Shown here: positions 41,401-59,600 of the stretch, in pieces
Numbering within the stretch: the stretch's first letter is position 1
Layout of the letters: each line of letters begins with the position of its first letter
From: the human T2T-CHM13v2.0 reference genome, Homo sapiens
Assembly: GCF_009914755.1 (NCBI RefSeq)
Contig: NC_060926.1
DNA: 64,000 nucleotides
Direction: 5' to 3' (one strand)
Made by a program: the position numbers and the translations under genes
Notes under the pieces: generated by a model
The model's input: only the letters and a program-made list of their open reading frames with translations
Databases searched by the model: none
Told to the model about the DNA's origin: nothing

Positions 41401-42659
41401 AGCTCACTCACATGGTTCTTAGCTAGATTCAGTTTCTCTCCATTTGTAGGACTGAGGACCTCAGTTCTTCACTTAGGGTTGGCTACAGGTAATCATCAAT
41501 TTCTTGTAACAGGACTTACACTGGGCCACTGACAGCATGCCAGTTGGCTTCATTCAAATGAGAGGGCAGGAGAAAGAGAGAGAGGGAGAGGGCACAAGAT
41601 GAAATTCACAGTATCTTATAATCTGATCTCAGAAGTGGCATCTCATTACTTTTGTTCTATTCTATTCAATAGAAACAAGTACCTGGGACCAGCTTACACT
41701 ATAGGAAAGAGATTATATAAGGGTATAAATACCAAGAGGTAGAGATCATCAAGAGCCATTCTGGTAGCAGCCACAATATCTTATCCAGAATATTTCTTAT
41801 TCAGGCCTTCAAATGTGCTGTCTTTTCTGGTCTAATGGAAATGAACCTTCCTTCCATACAATTTTTTCTCCTAAACTGTACTCTGGCTCTCTTATCACAT
41901 ACAAACGTCTATGTTAGGTATTTGTGTCTGTCTTGATTCTTGGTAGGCTTTTAAACTCTGTGAATGTTGGACTGTGATGTAGACATCATTTCACCGCACA
42001 CTCTGTAACCACCAAACCTTAGCAGCTTATTCAGTAAGCACATACTTGGCTCTTAATGAGTATTGCTTAAATTGATGAATTGAATTAGTATTTTACCTTC
42101 TCTGTTGCTTAGCTAAGCAGAAGAATTTGTCATTTTTTTAATTTAGTGACTGGTTCTATTAAAAGTTACCTTTGTCTATATCATTTTGTTATACTAAAGC
42201 ACAAATGTATAAGGTCAAAAAACATTCTCAAGATTTTGTTTAAACCACAGCCCTCAGTTGTGTATATTTATCTCTTGTTTTCATATGCAAGATTTCTCCT
42301 GAAATGGGCAACAATTACAAGAGTTTTTTTCCTCTTCTGAACTAAGAAAATAAATATTTAATTCACAAGTTTAGAAAAGTGAACCTGAAAAATCACAGGG
42401 CTAGGTGGGTTATGAGGCCCACTGGTACATGATAGTGTTGAATGTGGATTAGAATGAACTCCGTGGATTAGAATCTCAGACCATAGGCAAACATTTACTT
42501 GTTTTAGAATAAGCACATTTGAGTCTGCAATAAGTATTACTATTTTTAAGTTGAAAATGTAATTGGTTTCTAATAATAACCATATTGGCTAGCATTATTT
42601 CAATCGTGTTTAATGTTTTCCAATGTCATTTCATGTCAGATATCTCTCTTGATTCTTAG

Positions 42660-42764
42660 TAACAATTTGGACAAGACAGCAAATGCTATTGTCGAAGTTT
42701 TCTAAAGAAGAATCTGAAGTGAAATGACATCAAGAGACCTATCAAGACCTGTATCCAGGAAAAG
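42660..42764 (+). ncRNA. Putative internal lncRNA exon (105 bp)
   Basis: ctcttgattcttag|TAACAA...GGAAAAG|gtaaat; size fits recalled paralogous lncRNA exon. Confidence 0.65.
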
Positions 42765-44056
42765 GTAAATCTGAGCTGAAATTGTAGCCTTTGTAAATTA
42801 CCTACGTGACATACCAGATAGTGTTCATGATCCATTTAGTACTCTGTTCTAAAAACGAGACAATATCCATTTATTCACTTGTTCATTTATTTAGTGTTTG
42901 TTCAGCCCTTACTGCATATTCCAGGCACTATTCTGACTGTGGCAGGAGTGAACAAACAGGCATGGTTCTTACTTGCATGTAATTACAGTCTTATAGTGAA
43001 AACAAGTGTTAAACAACAACATCTCCCAATTATTTTAAAATTATAAACTTGATTCGATACTATGTGGCCATATAATTGTTCCTAATTTGGTTGGAGAAGG
43101 GAGGCAGTTAGGGAAGCCTTCCCTGAGTTAGTGCCATTTAACCTGATTTATGATAGATGATAAGTAATTTGTCAGGGGAAAAATACTCCAGGAATAAAGA
43201 ACAGGTACAAAGGTCAGGTTCTGGGAAGAGCTTGTCTTGGTCCAGGAACTAAAAAATGTTAGAGTGGCTGGATCTGGGAAAGAAACAAAGAGTTATTAAA
43301 TGAGGCAGCAGGCTTCAGCAGGTGCCACATTGCTCAGGGCCTTGTAGGCCATGCTAAGGATTTGGGATGTTAATGTCAGTACAAACAATTGAGTCATAAG
43401 CAGAAAGTAAAATCATGATTCCATCAAATGTTATTCTCTAAACAGTAATTTTATAAATACAGGTTAAATGTGTGTGGTCCCAGCTACTCAGGAGGTCCCA
43501 GCTACTCAGTATTCCTTTTCAACAAATATTAGGTGCCTACTATTAGCCAGGTACAGCCCTTAGCTACTTTGAATGAAGCATATATTACAAACTGGCAGAA
43601 TTTCTTAAACAAAGAATCTAAAGTTGTTTATACACCATAATCTCGGTATTTTATAAATTTCTTGAAATTATTTTTATTTACACTGCTTTGCAGAATTTTA
43701 ACTGGCTTTGAAATAAACAATGACAATAGTCCTCCATGTTACTAGTTTCAAATTTTCCCAATACCTACTAAGACATTACTTAATCCACAGATTTACTGTC
43801 AATAGTTTGTATCAAATTGTGATAACATATTTGAAATTAATATTTCAAATTAAAGCAAAATCACAAATTTATACTTTATATTATGAATGAGATTCACAAA
43901 AGGAGCATGATAATATATTCTGTTGTCATCGCATACAAAATAATAACATATAGAGTATGAATCAATAATTTTTCAAATACAAAGCTATTACAATTAGGAA
44001 TACAAAGAAATCATAATTAGGAATACTTCTACAATATTAACACACAATAGTGGTAA

Positions 44057-44386
<330 letters not shown>

Positions 44387-44521
44387 AGTGGTGGGTCTCA
44401 TATCTCAATGTGGACTTTTACTAACTCCCGATGCCTCAGTTTCCTCATCAGTTGAAAGGAATGAATGAAAGATTTGTGTTTTTCATATTACCAGGTAGAT
44501 GATAAGGAGATTTTAATTTTC

Positions 44522-45370
44522 TTTTTTTTTTTAACTTTTATTTTAAGTTTAGGGGCATTTGTTACATAGGTAAACTGGTGTCACAGGGGGTTATTGTACA
44601 GATTATTTCATCACCCAGGTATTAAACCTAGTACCCAATAGTTATCTTTTCTGCTTCTCTTCCTTTTCTCACCCTCCACCCTCAAGTAGACCCCAGTGTC
44701 TGTTTTATTCTTTGTGTTCATGAGTTCTCATCATTTAGCTCCCACTTATAACTGAGAGTATGCTGTATTTGGTTTTCTGTTCCTGCATTAGTTTGCTAAG
44801 GATAATAGAAGGTCCATCCATATTCCAGCAAAAGACATGATATCATTTTTTAATGGCGGCATAGTATTCCATGGTGTATATGTACCACATTTTCTTTATC
44901 CAATCTGTCATTGATGGGCACTTAGGTTGATCCCATACTTTTGCTATTGTGAACAGTGCTGCAATGAACATTTGTATGCATGTGTCTTTATGGCAGAATG
45001 GTTTATATTCATCTGGGTATATACCCAGTAGTGGGATTACTGGGTCGAATGGTAGCTCTGCTTTTAGCTCTTTGAGGAATCACTATTCTTTGCACAATGA
45101 TTGAACTGATTTGCACACCCACCAACAGTGTATAAGCATTCCCTTTTCTCCATAGCCTCACTAGCATCTGTTATTTTTTGACTTTTTAATGATAGCTATT
45201 CTGACTGGTGTGAGGTGGTATCTCATTATGGTTTTGATTTGCATTTCTCTAATGATCAGTGATGTTGAACTTTTTTTTTGTATGTTTGTTGGCTGCATGC
45301 ATGTATTCTTTTGAAAAGTGTTCATTCCCTTTGCCCAATTTTAATGGGGTTGTTTTTCTTTTGTAAATTT
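44522..45370 (-). mobile_element. L1PA/L1PB 3' end
   Basis: T-run then ttttattttaagtttagggg...acataggtaaac; tagtattccatggtgtatatgtaccacattttc. Confidence 0.88.
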
Positions 45371-45444
45371 CTTTACATTCGAAATGTTTTTATTATTAAG
45401 TTGAGCTGCCTCATTCTTAGTATGGTTTTTCACTTTAAAAAGCA

Positions 45445-45620
45445 TAAAGGTGGACATGGTGGCATATGCTAGTAATCCCAACTACTGGGGAGAGTAATAC
45501 AGGAGGGTTGCTTGAGCCCAGGAGTTCAAGGCTATAATGTGCTATGATCATGACTGTGAACAACCACTGTACTGCAGCCTGGGCAGAGTGACATAGTGAA
45601 ACCATATCTCTAAAAAAAGA
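45445..45620 (+). mobile_element. Alu right monomer (FRAM/AluJ-like)
   Basis: gggttgcttgagcccaggagttcaaggct and A-tail. Confidence 0.75.
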
Positions 45621-45846
45621 GAAAATGTAATTTAAATCTTTAAATACATATGTATATGTGTGTATATATGTATATATATTGCATGTATCAAAAATGGTTT
45701 GTAGTTTCCATTCACAGCACATAGTAAAATGTCTTAACCTCCTCCCTCCTCCCTATGTGTGTTTTTCTAAGTGTGTGTCTTTTTTACCTTAATTTTTCTC
45801 TTAGTGTCTCATAGTCTTCTTAGGTCTCCCTCTTTCTTCTGTCTTT

Positions 45847-45872
45847 CACACACACACACACACACACACACG
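45847..45872. repeat. (CA)n microsatellite
   Basis: Direct inspection. Confidence 0.95.
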
Positions 45873-46888
45873 CATGCATACACACATGTACCTTGAAAAA
45901 TAGCTTTTCTTTTTCTTAAAACTTCCCAAAGCTTTCATAAAATTAGCCCTCAGGCACTCTTACGTATCTCATCCACTCTTCTTCCTCTCTCCCCTTCCTG
46001 AAGCCATTTGTAACTTACTCTATTACACTAGGAAGGGGAAGCAAGTATTCATATTATTTTCTTGTTATATCCTTAGCATTACTAGACCTTTGTGGTTTCT
46101 ATGGATGAGGGACATAATATTTATTAATTTATTCTAAACTTCAGTCACTCATAATATACCCTTTTATTCCTCCTTCTTCTGTGATATTGGGAGTGTATAG
46201 TTGTCATTGTGACAAACCCTTTGCTGTCAGTATCTATAGTGGATGGGGAGAAAAGGAGGGCTTTGCCAATCATCGTCTCCAGTGCATTTCCCACTGTCAG
46301 CGTCATTGTCTAATGCTGTTTGCATCCACACAGCCTAAGGGAACCGTTTAAGTGAGTGACTCCCTCCCTTCACTTCAGCCCATCACTTGAGCATTTCTCT
46401 CCCTTGAAAAAAGACAAGTGGTGCTTCTAAGACTTGAGTAATTCTGAATATAATTGAGGACTAGATGTTCCTGTTTTATATCCTACAGGGCTGGCATCTC
46501 TAATGCTGAAAGTACAACAAAGTGCAGTGGTAGTCACTGAGTGTTCAGCCATGCTGGGTCATCAAAATAAAAGGAGATCGTCTTCCCATTCCTATCAATG
46601 GCCTCATCTCTACCAGATATATAACTGGAAAAACAATGCATTTGCTTAGACATCCACAGTGAGCCACACTTGTTCGGTGTTGTGGGAAAATGATGCAGAA
46701 GCATCCTTGTTTATTAAGGATCCAATTTTGATAGGCTGAGGCATATTTTTCCTCCCAAGTCTGCACATGGTCATGCATTAAATATTAATGAGCATCTTCT
46801 CTCTATCAGGCTTTGGGGGATATGTTCACCTCTTGGGAGGTGAACATGATACATAAGATCCTTTCTCTCATGTAGCATTCTCTCCATT

Positions 46889-47128
46889 CTTTTTTTTTTT
46901 TTTTTTTTTTTTCATAGGGACTAGCTCTGTCACCTAGGCTAGAGTGCAGTGGTGCAAACATGACTCACTGCAGCCTTGACCTCATGGACTCAAGTGATCC
47001 TCAAGTGATCCTCTTGCCTCCACAACATCCAGCTAACTTTTAAAAAATTTTTTGAAGAGAAGGTTTTGCCATGTTGCCTCAGCCTCCTGAAGTGGTGGGA
47101 TTACAGGTGTGAGCCGCTGCACCTGGCC
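46889..47128 (-). mobile_element. Degenerate AluJ with internal deletions
   Basis: T-run, gctctgtcacctaggctagagtgcag ... gtgagccgctgcacctggcc. Confidence 0.8.
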
Positions 47129-47689
47129 ACGTTTTCTTTCCATTCTTATGGAAGGCAGTAGTCAGCAAAACAGTTAATCAATTGAGAATATATTAGGTTG
47201 TTATAGGAACCATGAAAAAATAAAATAGAGTGTGTAAAGAAGGCTTGATGGCCAGGAAGCTTTTACAGGGAAGTGACATTTGAGCTGAGACCAAATACTT
47301 AAAGAAGCCAGTTCTTTGAAGAGTTGATGGGAAAGTATTCCAAGAAGTGGGAATGGCAAGGGGAAAGGACTTAAGATGTAACCTCAGAATGATTAAGGAG
47401 GAGCATGGTACAAGAGGATGTCAGAAACATAGCCAGGAAAGAGAGCTATGCTTAAGTATTAGGATTTTATTCTTTGCAAAGGAAAAAGCCCATTGAAACT
47501 TTAAAGCAAGGACCTAAGAGTTAACATAATTTTTTTAAGGTACCTTAAAAATTTTGCTGAATGAAGAATTCATTGAAGTGAGTCAGGAATGTATGATTTT
47601 GGACAACTGACACAATGCCTGAGGCATAGTTTCTTCATATGGAAATTGGAGACAATGATCATATCTACCTTAGCAGATTATATAATGAA

Positions 47690-47990
47690 TTATTTTCCTA
47701 GGGCTCCTGTAATAAAGTACCACAAACTGGGTAACTTAAGCAACAGAGATTTATTGCCTCACAATTCTAGAGGTGAGAAGTCCAGATCAAGAAGCTGGCA
47801 GGGCTAGGCTGCCTGAAAAGGTGCTAAGGAAGGAACTCTTCCAGTCCTCTTTCTCTCCTTCCAGTAGTTCCTTGGCTTGTGACAGCACAGTGTCAATTCT
47901 CATATGGCATCCTCCCCGTGTGCCTCTCACTATGTCCAAATCTCCCTTTTATTTAAGGACAGAGTCACAGTGGATTAGAACACCCCCATA
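47690..47990. mobile_element. MLT1 LTR fragment
   Basis: taataaagtaccacaaactgggtaacttaagcaacagagatttattgcctcacaattctagagg. Confidence 0.75.
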
Positions 47991-50900
47991 ACATGAAGAT
48001 TGCATGAAATTATATACATAAATAATTCAACAACATAGCTTCCAAATAGAAAACACTCAGCCTTTGTCATCTCATCATTATTTGTTTACACCTTTGTATT
48101 ATTGGTATAGCTCTAGTCTTTTGAAAGGTGCAGTTACTCATCTTTGTGTTTTCCACTCCTTTATAGCTAAGTATAAGGTGCTTTTGCAAAATCCAGTACT
48201 GCATATTTGAGAAATGCTTTTTATTCCTACACATACTGCATATACTGTTACACAATTCGATTTTGTAGGTCTAATGAAGTTGGTCTTTCTATGAGTTCCT
48301 ATGGCTAAAAATAGTCACAATTGTGTACTCCAGTAAATTGTTAGAATGAAGGAAAATAGTTTGAGTGAAATTATCAATCTGGTTTTTCTGACTTCAGCTG
48401 TGTGTCATGTTTGGTTAGTCAAGAGAAACATCTAATGTGAGGCCCCTGGAGGACAGCTGATAAGTAAGCATACCAAGTAGAATGGCTACTGGGAAAAGTG
48501 TGCCAGCTAGAGAGAGAGAAAAGAGAGAGTTAATTTACCATTTGCTCAAGTAAGGAATGATCCACAAATTCAACAAAATCTAAGTAGTCTTAAAGGACAT
48601 GTCATTGACAGATTTATCTTCTAGTCTCCCACTTTGTCTAACACTGCTTCAAAACAAAGCACTTTACTGAACCCAGTGGTCTCATTACTCTGGAGGTTTA
48701 TAAGGTTAAAAATACCTGGAGTTTTGGGAGCAGCAATAGCACTGAAGTGGGATATTAGTAGTGATGCGTGTGTTTACAGCACCTGTGAACACACAGAGAC
48801 TGAAGCTTGAAGGCTGATGACCCTGAATTAGGGGAAAAGATAAAACTTTTTATTAGATTTTTTTAATGTCGAGAAGAAAATTATTTATCTCCACATTTCT
48901 TGAATATTATCCTCTTACAATTACGTCGATGATTCTCACCCCAGTTATATATTAAAATTACCTGGAGATATATAAAAACTATCAATGTTCTACTCTTCTA
49001 CAGATTAAATCATCATCACTGAGGGTGGCCCTCCAGCAACCAGGTTTGAGAACCACTTTAGACCAGAATTTTTCTCTGTGCCATTCAGTAATGGCAATGA
49101 TAACTGTAGGATACGCAAATTGCAGAAAGACAACGGCAAATGATTTAACTTATCCCCAAACAGCTGAACTATCTTAAGCCTCATGGCTACTTTAGAGTGA
49201 CCAAATCCATGTAGCCGCCAGAAGTTGTATCATGCACCTATTTCAAGGGACACATAGAATTTACCTATATATACCTACCTCAAGGGTCATGTCGGTTTAC
49301 CATTCCCCTAAACAACATCTTAATAGTATAAACTGCTGAACTGCTGTCTGCCTAATATTTATTGAGGCTATACTTCTTCTTTTCTGTATTAAAGGCCACT
49401 GCTTTTCCCAGCTTGCTCTTTGTTCTCCATCATCTGTTGTGGGTCACTTGTGCTTTCTGTTTTTAACACCCGTGTTGCTGAAGTCATTTCTCCAATTCAT
49501 GATCCATGAAACTACTTCAGCAGTGAAAATGGCACCCCTCAGGTTCAAGTCAACATTTTTATATGTCCCTCTAGGTCAAGATCCAAGCTATGGAAGAAAT
49601 CAGGATATGTCAATTTTCTAGAGCAGCCAAGTTTTCTGAAAGTCTACCTAGCCATGTAGTTATGTAGCCTCACTCTCACTTAAACAAAGAAAATTAAAAA
49701 GCACACCAGAAAAGACTTTTCTTGTTAAAAACACATGTTTATTGTAGAAAATATAGTAAGGAAAAAGAAGAAAATATAAGGCAACTAGAATTTCTCTAGT
49801 TAGAGATAACTATTATTTATTTGAGTGTGTGTATATATCTATATATATATATATATTGACATTCAGCTCTTATGTACTAGATACACACATCTACTGTTTC
49901 ATAAGCTTTTTTCACAGAATAGATTATAATCAGTTATGTTTGTTATCACCACAACATTTTCTTCTTGAAGACCTTCTGGAATGAGGCATTTGCTTTTCTA
50001 TCTAGAGACCCTATCCTTTCAAAAGGTCCTTTATCTGTGGAAAGAGCTATTCTGGCCACAGTTACTGCCAAGAAACAAGGTGTTAGAAAAGGCCTAAAGT
50101 TAAGTGCAGAACTGCTGTGTTTTGATGAATATTCTGTTGTTTTGAGAGGAGGTAGAAGCATTCTCAGCTTCAGGATATTTGCTCACTACTCATTAGTCTT
50201 TCTGAGAAGTAGCAAACTTCAAAGGTTAAATATGAAGAGATGAATTGTGTAATGCCTAGATGTCAGTAGCGGAGAAGGTATCTGAGCAAATTCAGAATTT
50301 TATCCCTGTCTCCATGGGCCTAGTGTGAAGAACAGTCATTTGTGTAAGTGGGTCTTTGTGTATATGGTAGTGAATCAGGTCACTGAGTCAGAAACTTAGA
50401 GCTGTAAGGAAAGTGAGGTGCTCTCCAGTCCAGTGTTCTGGAATTTCTTCTGCAGTGGCCCCCAACAGCAGGTGGCAGCCTCGTCCATGATTGTATTCTT
50501 AAATGACATGGTATTACTCTTTCTATTTGCAATCCATTTCACTGATGGATAGTTCTAGAGATCTGAAATATTGAGATTTAGCTCAGTGTTGTTTATATGA
50601 AGATAAATTCCGCTTTCCAACAACTCTCTTGTATGTGTCTAACGTCTGCTGCATGGAATGTCACAGATTATGCTTCATACTTGTCTTCCTGAGTCTTCTT
50701 TATCCCGAACACCCTGAGTTTTCGAATGGTTGACATGCCAGCTGGCTTTCTGCAGATGTACTTCTCGTGTGTAAATTTCCTTCTCTGTGAGGTATTCATA
50801 TTGAACATGACCTCCAAGTGTGTTTGGGTCTGTGCAGAAGACAATAGGACTGTGATTTCTGATGATTAAAACCTGGATTGTATGTTACTGTGATCAGACC

Positions 50901-51301
50901 CTGAGACTGCGTTAGCAAGTTTTATAGCATCTGAGTCGCTCTGTTGGAGGAAAGTGCATGTGATGGGCATTTGCTTGCTTCCCCACCAGATTCTCTACCT
51001 TCACCCTTCCTGCAAGATTCCCTAGGAAGCTGACTTCTGCTGAATGCGACACTCAGGTTCTCTGCTTCCTAGATTCTAGTTGAGTTTGGTCCATGGGAGG
51101 CCTTGGCAGAAATTTTGAGAGTAAGAGCAAATAATTACTTAACCATTAGAAAAAAATAACATGAATGTGTCCTTCTGTCCATGGCCTCAGTTCCTGTTGG
51201 GGAGCCTCGGTGCCAATCCCTCGGTGCATCACCATTTCTAATTAGTTCCTGTTTTACTCTGCTTTTGCGTGTGTGTGTGTGTGTGTCTGTGTGTGTGTGT
51301 G

Positions 51302-51995
<694 letters not shown>

Positions 51996-52118
51996 GTTCC
52001 CTTAACCCTGGAAAGAGACCCTTCATTAAACTCTTTCTGCTTAATCCTTTGAGAGTGCAACAATTTCCTGCTAGGACCCTGACAGATAGAGGGACCATAC
52101 AGATCACTAAAATGCTGA

Positions 52119-52487
<369 letters not shown>

Positions 52488-53300
52488 AAACTTTAAAAAA
52501 AAACCCCAAATAGTACTTTGAAATTCACCCGCAGGGAGTTATTCAAATTGGTTGTCAGCCAGTTATTTCAGGTTGTTGAGATCATCTGGCTCTTGATTTT
52601 ATTAATCATCTTAGCCTTCCCTTTCAACAATTTGCCGACTTTGTGCAAATTTTATTAATATGTGATCTCTGTCTTTATCCATGGAGAGACAGTATAGTAT
52701 CATGAGGAAAAATAGACTTTGGAGTAGGCAGAAATTAGGTTTGAATTACTAGCCACGAGGCTTTGGGAACATTACTTAAACTCTATAAGCTTCAATTTCT
52801 TTATCTATAAGGTAGGTATAAAACCTGAAAGTTTTGGCATGAGTTTAGTAAAACTGTCTGTGAAGCCCTTGTGGACTGCTTGGTCCATGTAGGCATTTGA
52901 TAAACGGTGGCTTTATATAGAGGAGGGAAATGCAAGCTATCTCAAAAAGAAATCAGGGAAATAAGAATGCCATCTGAAATCTGTCATATGAGAATGAAAG
53001 GAGCATAGACAGGTTTTGAGTATGGGGTGAGGAGTAGGGGAGGGGAGGAGATAAGTGAACTGCCCCTCAGACTTCCAGGGAGGAGAAAAATGATGTCACT
53101 GGGAACTGCAGTCATTTGGAAAGATAGCAATCAAGCATTTCTTTCAGAGCCCTGTTCATCTTTCAGTGGCTTTGCTTCTCCAGATGCTTTTGCTCCTTCA
53201 ATTATCTCTGCCTTCTCCCACCTCCTCTCCAACCATCTCTTCCCTTCCTTAATTCACAATTTTTCTCCCTCTTTTCAAGGCATAGTGCTTTGATTTATAA

Positions 53301-54413
<1,113 letters not shown>

Positions 54414-56076
54414 CTGGATTTCTTTTTGACATAGAATTATTTAAGAGAAAGCTTTTAAATTTCCATGCTGTAATTTCTAGTTTTGTTGTGTCATAATCAG
54501 AGAATATAATCTGTAGCATTTCTACATTCTCTACTTTGCTTAGATGTTTTTAGGGTGGGGTGTGTAATATGTACTGAATTTTGTAAACATTTTATGGACA
54601 TACAAATTTCAATGTTTACTTTTTCAGGCTATAGGCTTTGCTACATAATTTTTGTGTATTTTGTGGTCCTCATATAGATTTTTTAATTATCTTTTTGCTG
54701 TGATAGAGATTAGAAGGGTAAATTAATGTCTCATTTACCATCATTTTTCTTTCTGTATCTCTTTTCATTTCCTGATGCTTTGGCTTTATGAAATCTTTAT
54801 GTATAAAAATTGTGCACACATATCTTTATGCACAGTGTTTTGGATTTTACCCTTCATAATGAGCTTTTTTCTCTCCTTTGAATTTGACCTGGCCTGGTGT
54901 TAACAGCCCAGGTGTAAAATTCCAGTGAGAAAGAAGTCTGATGAGGAGTCAGTAGGATCTTTGTGTTGCTGAGAACTGCTCAGTACCACGGACAGCTCCC
55001 TGCACTCCAGGAAACATCCTGATTCAGTGTCTTGAGTATTGTGAAGCACAGTTAGAACAGAAACATGGAGAATCACCTTAAAATGGCAAATTGGCTTCTG
55101 GTCTTGCATAAGACTTCATTGAGGCCTAATGGGCTATGCAGGTCTACCGTCCAAAGTACAGAGGTTATTCCTAGTGTCTTTAATATTACTGTCCCTTTAG
55201 GCAAGATTATCCTTATGATAAGGGAGACTGAATTAAGCTATTTTGGCTGAGGCATATTTTTATAAATTCATCCAATTAGCTTCCCTTGTTGTAGTTTTGG
55301 CTCACGAAACATTGTTCTGATTATAATTTAGCATCCCATATAATTTCATCTGCAGGGAGAGTCTGTACTAGGCATGGCGATGCTTACATGTCAGCCCGTG
55401 TGACTGCTAGAGTCTCAGTATAATTTGATAACATGGCACTCAGATTCTAGACATTATTCTCTGTGTGCTTAGTGAGTGTGATGACATAACCTTCAGAAAG
55501 ATTCATCCTTTCTCACATATTGATAAATCAACTTTTACATCTACAAAGTTGAGAGCCAGAAATTAAAACCTTATTAATTCACTAAGCCATCCCTATGACA
55601 GCAGTCTTCCAACTAGCTCCATTCTGGGGCACTCTGACATCATTATACACTTTCCAATGAAAGCAGGGAGTGTATGTGATTAAAGGGAGAGCCCTGTGGC
55701 ACTCCTGAAAAATCTCCCCTCCCAGTTCACATTGACTTATTAACCAACACTCACGATCATGTGAAACTCTAGAACTGGATCTGGGTGCCTGGCAGGATGA
55801 CATGGTGTAAGGCTCAAGCAGCACTGTGGGAATTCAAGCATCTGTTTATTTCTGAGAGAAAAAGTGTAAAGCAAAATAATATCTTTTAACAAATGTTTGT
55901 ATTTGACTAAAAAGGAAGCAAGCACTTAATTTATGAATTTGCTAATTGCTCTTCTGAGCTGAGAATATCTGTGTTGAATATTAGTCATTATCCGTATTTG
56001 GCACAGAATAATCCCGAGGGTTAAATGACATTGTTCCTACAGTGGGCACCTGAAGACTGGCTATAAAAGCAATCCT

Positions 56077-56660
<584 letters not shown>

Positions 56661-59600
56661 CTAAAAACCTGTTACTAGAAAGGCACATTAATACATTTCT
56701 CCTGTGCTGATGGTAATCAGGCAACTCTGGTTTCTATCGGAGGCAATTTCTTACGTATTAAATGCCAGAAAAAGGGCATCCCTCCGTTTTTGTAGAGAGC
56801 CTTTCTTTATGAAGACTAATGACCACATTAGTTAGTCAGTCAGTCAATAATACTTACCAAATGTCAGTAGAGCAGAAGTGAACACCAACAGAAAATCACA
56901 TTTTACAAATGCAATTTACTTGGTATCCTAACATGCCATGTCATAATAATTATTGAGGCTTTTCTTCTCTGCTGCATTGGTCTAATGAAAGTGGCTAGAA
57001 AAATATGGGTGCCCATGTAGCCTCCTGGAAGCACCTGTATGACTTTTCTAGAAGCGAGGTTCCTGGATAAAGATGAATTTTTAAAAGCTGGAATGAATGA
57101 GCAGCAATAGCAGAAGGAGAAAAGTGAGTGAGGGCTCTCCAAGAAGCCATCTGGCAGGCTAAGGGTTCTGAGGGAAGCTCTGGTTTCAGAAGCAACTCAG
57201 GAATTACTTCTGTCATATTAGGATGGGATGGTAGGAGATTGGGAACTCTAGGGACTAGAAGTCATTTAATTTCCTGTCTACAATCCTTAGAAGAGGTTTT
57301 GAGACTTGCAACCTAGGACCTTAACTAATCATCTTCCCTCAGCATTGATAGAATTCTTTATTATACATGTTAATATCAGATTAGTCAGGATGGGCTGGAT
57401 TATGCTGTGTTAACAGCCATTCTCTAAATCTCTGTGGCTCAACAGGGAGCTCTGCCTGTCATGGTCACTTGGGACCCAGGCTTTGGGTATAAGGCCACAG
57501 CACATGGAAAACGTATGAATGTCTCTCAGATTCTTAAAGCTTCAGCTGGAAGTGACATGTCATTCTGCTCACAGTTCATTGGCTAAATGAGTCACGTGGC
57601 TCTCTCTAACTTCAAGGATGGTATGAAATTGCAATCCTACCATGTCTCTAGAAGGAGAACCAGCCCTAATCACAATGCTACATGTTTATAGCTTGCCTCA
57701 TAGAGTTTACTGTATTCTCCTGGTATAATTTTCTTACATGCTCAACTGGAGAGGAAGCTCTTAAATAGAAAAAAATCACAGTAAATTTCCTTTAAAAGAT
57801 CTATTTTACAACTCTGGCATGATGGAGCACAATGGAGTCGTTAGTAATGGACTCCATCTCTTCCATCAGATAAAATCTTGAGAACTGAAGTTAAAATTTG
57901 AAAAATGAAACCAAAGGAAAAAAAAATTAAATGAATTTTAAGACAATTGAGATAAGAACAACTGTGGCGTCAGCATAATTCAATTTAATAATGTATTAAA
58001 TATTTTGCAGAAAAGTGAAAATAAATTGATAGCCAAATCAATGCAGCATTAAGCCACCATTTGGTCTAATTTCTTGCTGAATTGACAAAACAAAACACTA
58101 GTTTAGTTATATAAACATGGCTGATGTTTATACAAACAACAGAATTTGCCGGTAGCATTATCACTGGAAAATAAGATGTGTACTTAATTCTTGTGTATGT
58201 TCTGAGCCCATCTAGGAAGAACATAAAAGACGAAGAACAAAGCAATCACAGGATGTTATCATGAAAATATCACCTTTGGCTGGAGTAAAGTTTTGGCTAA
58301 ACGTGGCACTAGTATTTATTACAGCTCACCTTTTTATAATGAAGGGCTATGGACTGAACATTCTTATTATTTCCCATTTTCTTACCACTCTATCCCAACA
58401 CACATGCACATGCATGCACACACGCACACACACTGGCACCCACACCCATGCATGTGGGACACACAGAGCAGCCCAGGCAATTTCAGTTGTTGGCAGCTTT
58501 GCTTTTATTAGGTATTAGTCCACCCACTTGCTTTCTCTTTAGAGAGACTAAGTGAAACCAAACTCATTTCCCCCCAGTTAGCCTGCTGGAACCTGTAACA
58601 GTTACTGTAATGTTAAGAGCAGTAAAACAAAATAAAAACCAGTCAGTTCACTTACTCCCGAAGTCCGCAGTTTGGTGTTCAGCTTTAAAACATATGCTCT
58701 GGGTGTCCTGTGGTGGCTACCAGAGGCTTTGGTGAGTCATTGTCAACCCAGTGGCTAGAGAAGTGCTGGAATGCCCCTCTTAAATACAGAGCCAGTTTGT
58801 CCTTCAGAATGGCTGCTTGAACGAATTTATTGCTCAACTTGAAAGGCCGTTTTTTATAACCCACTGCAGTTGTGCTTCATGGGTTTCTCCACCTATCCTG
58901 TAAAGTGTATTGGGAAATTAATTTTGTAGATTTCCTCACACTGCAGTGACTAGGGAAATCACCCATTCGTTATTATCTAATGAGGAGAAAGTGGAAACAT
59001 CTAGAAGCACTGCTCCCATCCTCCTCCCCAGCCCACACAGACACCTACCTCAGGCCCTCCCTGTCCCAGGTGAGCAGAGGGCCCCACCTTCGGAGGTTGC
59101 CTCCCTTCCACCTTCACCAATCCTATGACCAGATTATCCCCAAGGAAATGTCAATTTCCAGGCAGCAAGGGAATCATATAAAGATAAGATCATTCAGAGA
59201 TTTTTTTCCTCCGTGATTGGCAGTTTATATTTTCTTGGGTCTACAAATCTGACAGTATTTATTAAATTTTCTAGTTTGATACTGACCTCTGTCTGATGCT
59301 GGGCTGTCGCCATGCCCAAGACTGAGGGGACCCACAGTCTAGCTAGAAGGCATGGATCAATTCCAACTGTCCTACCCCTAGCCTGTGGGCAGGAGAAAGC
59401 TCTCAGGCTCTGGCAGAGGAGTCCCAGGGGCAGGATGCATGATCTTCCCCTGTGCCTCCCAGCCATGCTGAGCAGCAAAGCAGACCATGAGCACGTCTCC
59501 CGTAAATTCATTTGCTTGATTTGTCCTTGAGTGTCCTCGGATGGCTTTGTTCCCTCCTTGTCCAGTATGTCTTGGTCATCCTGATTCCTGGGCTTGGCTC

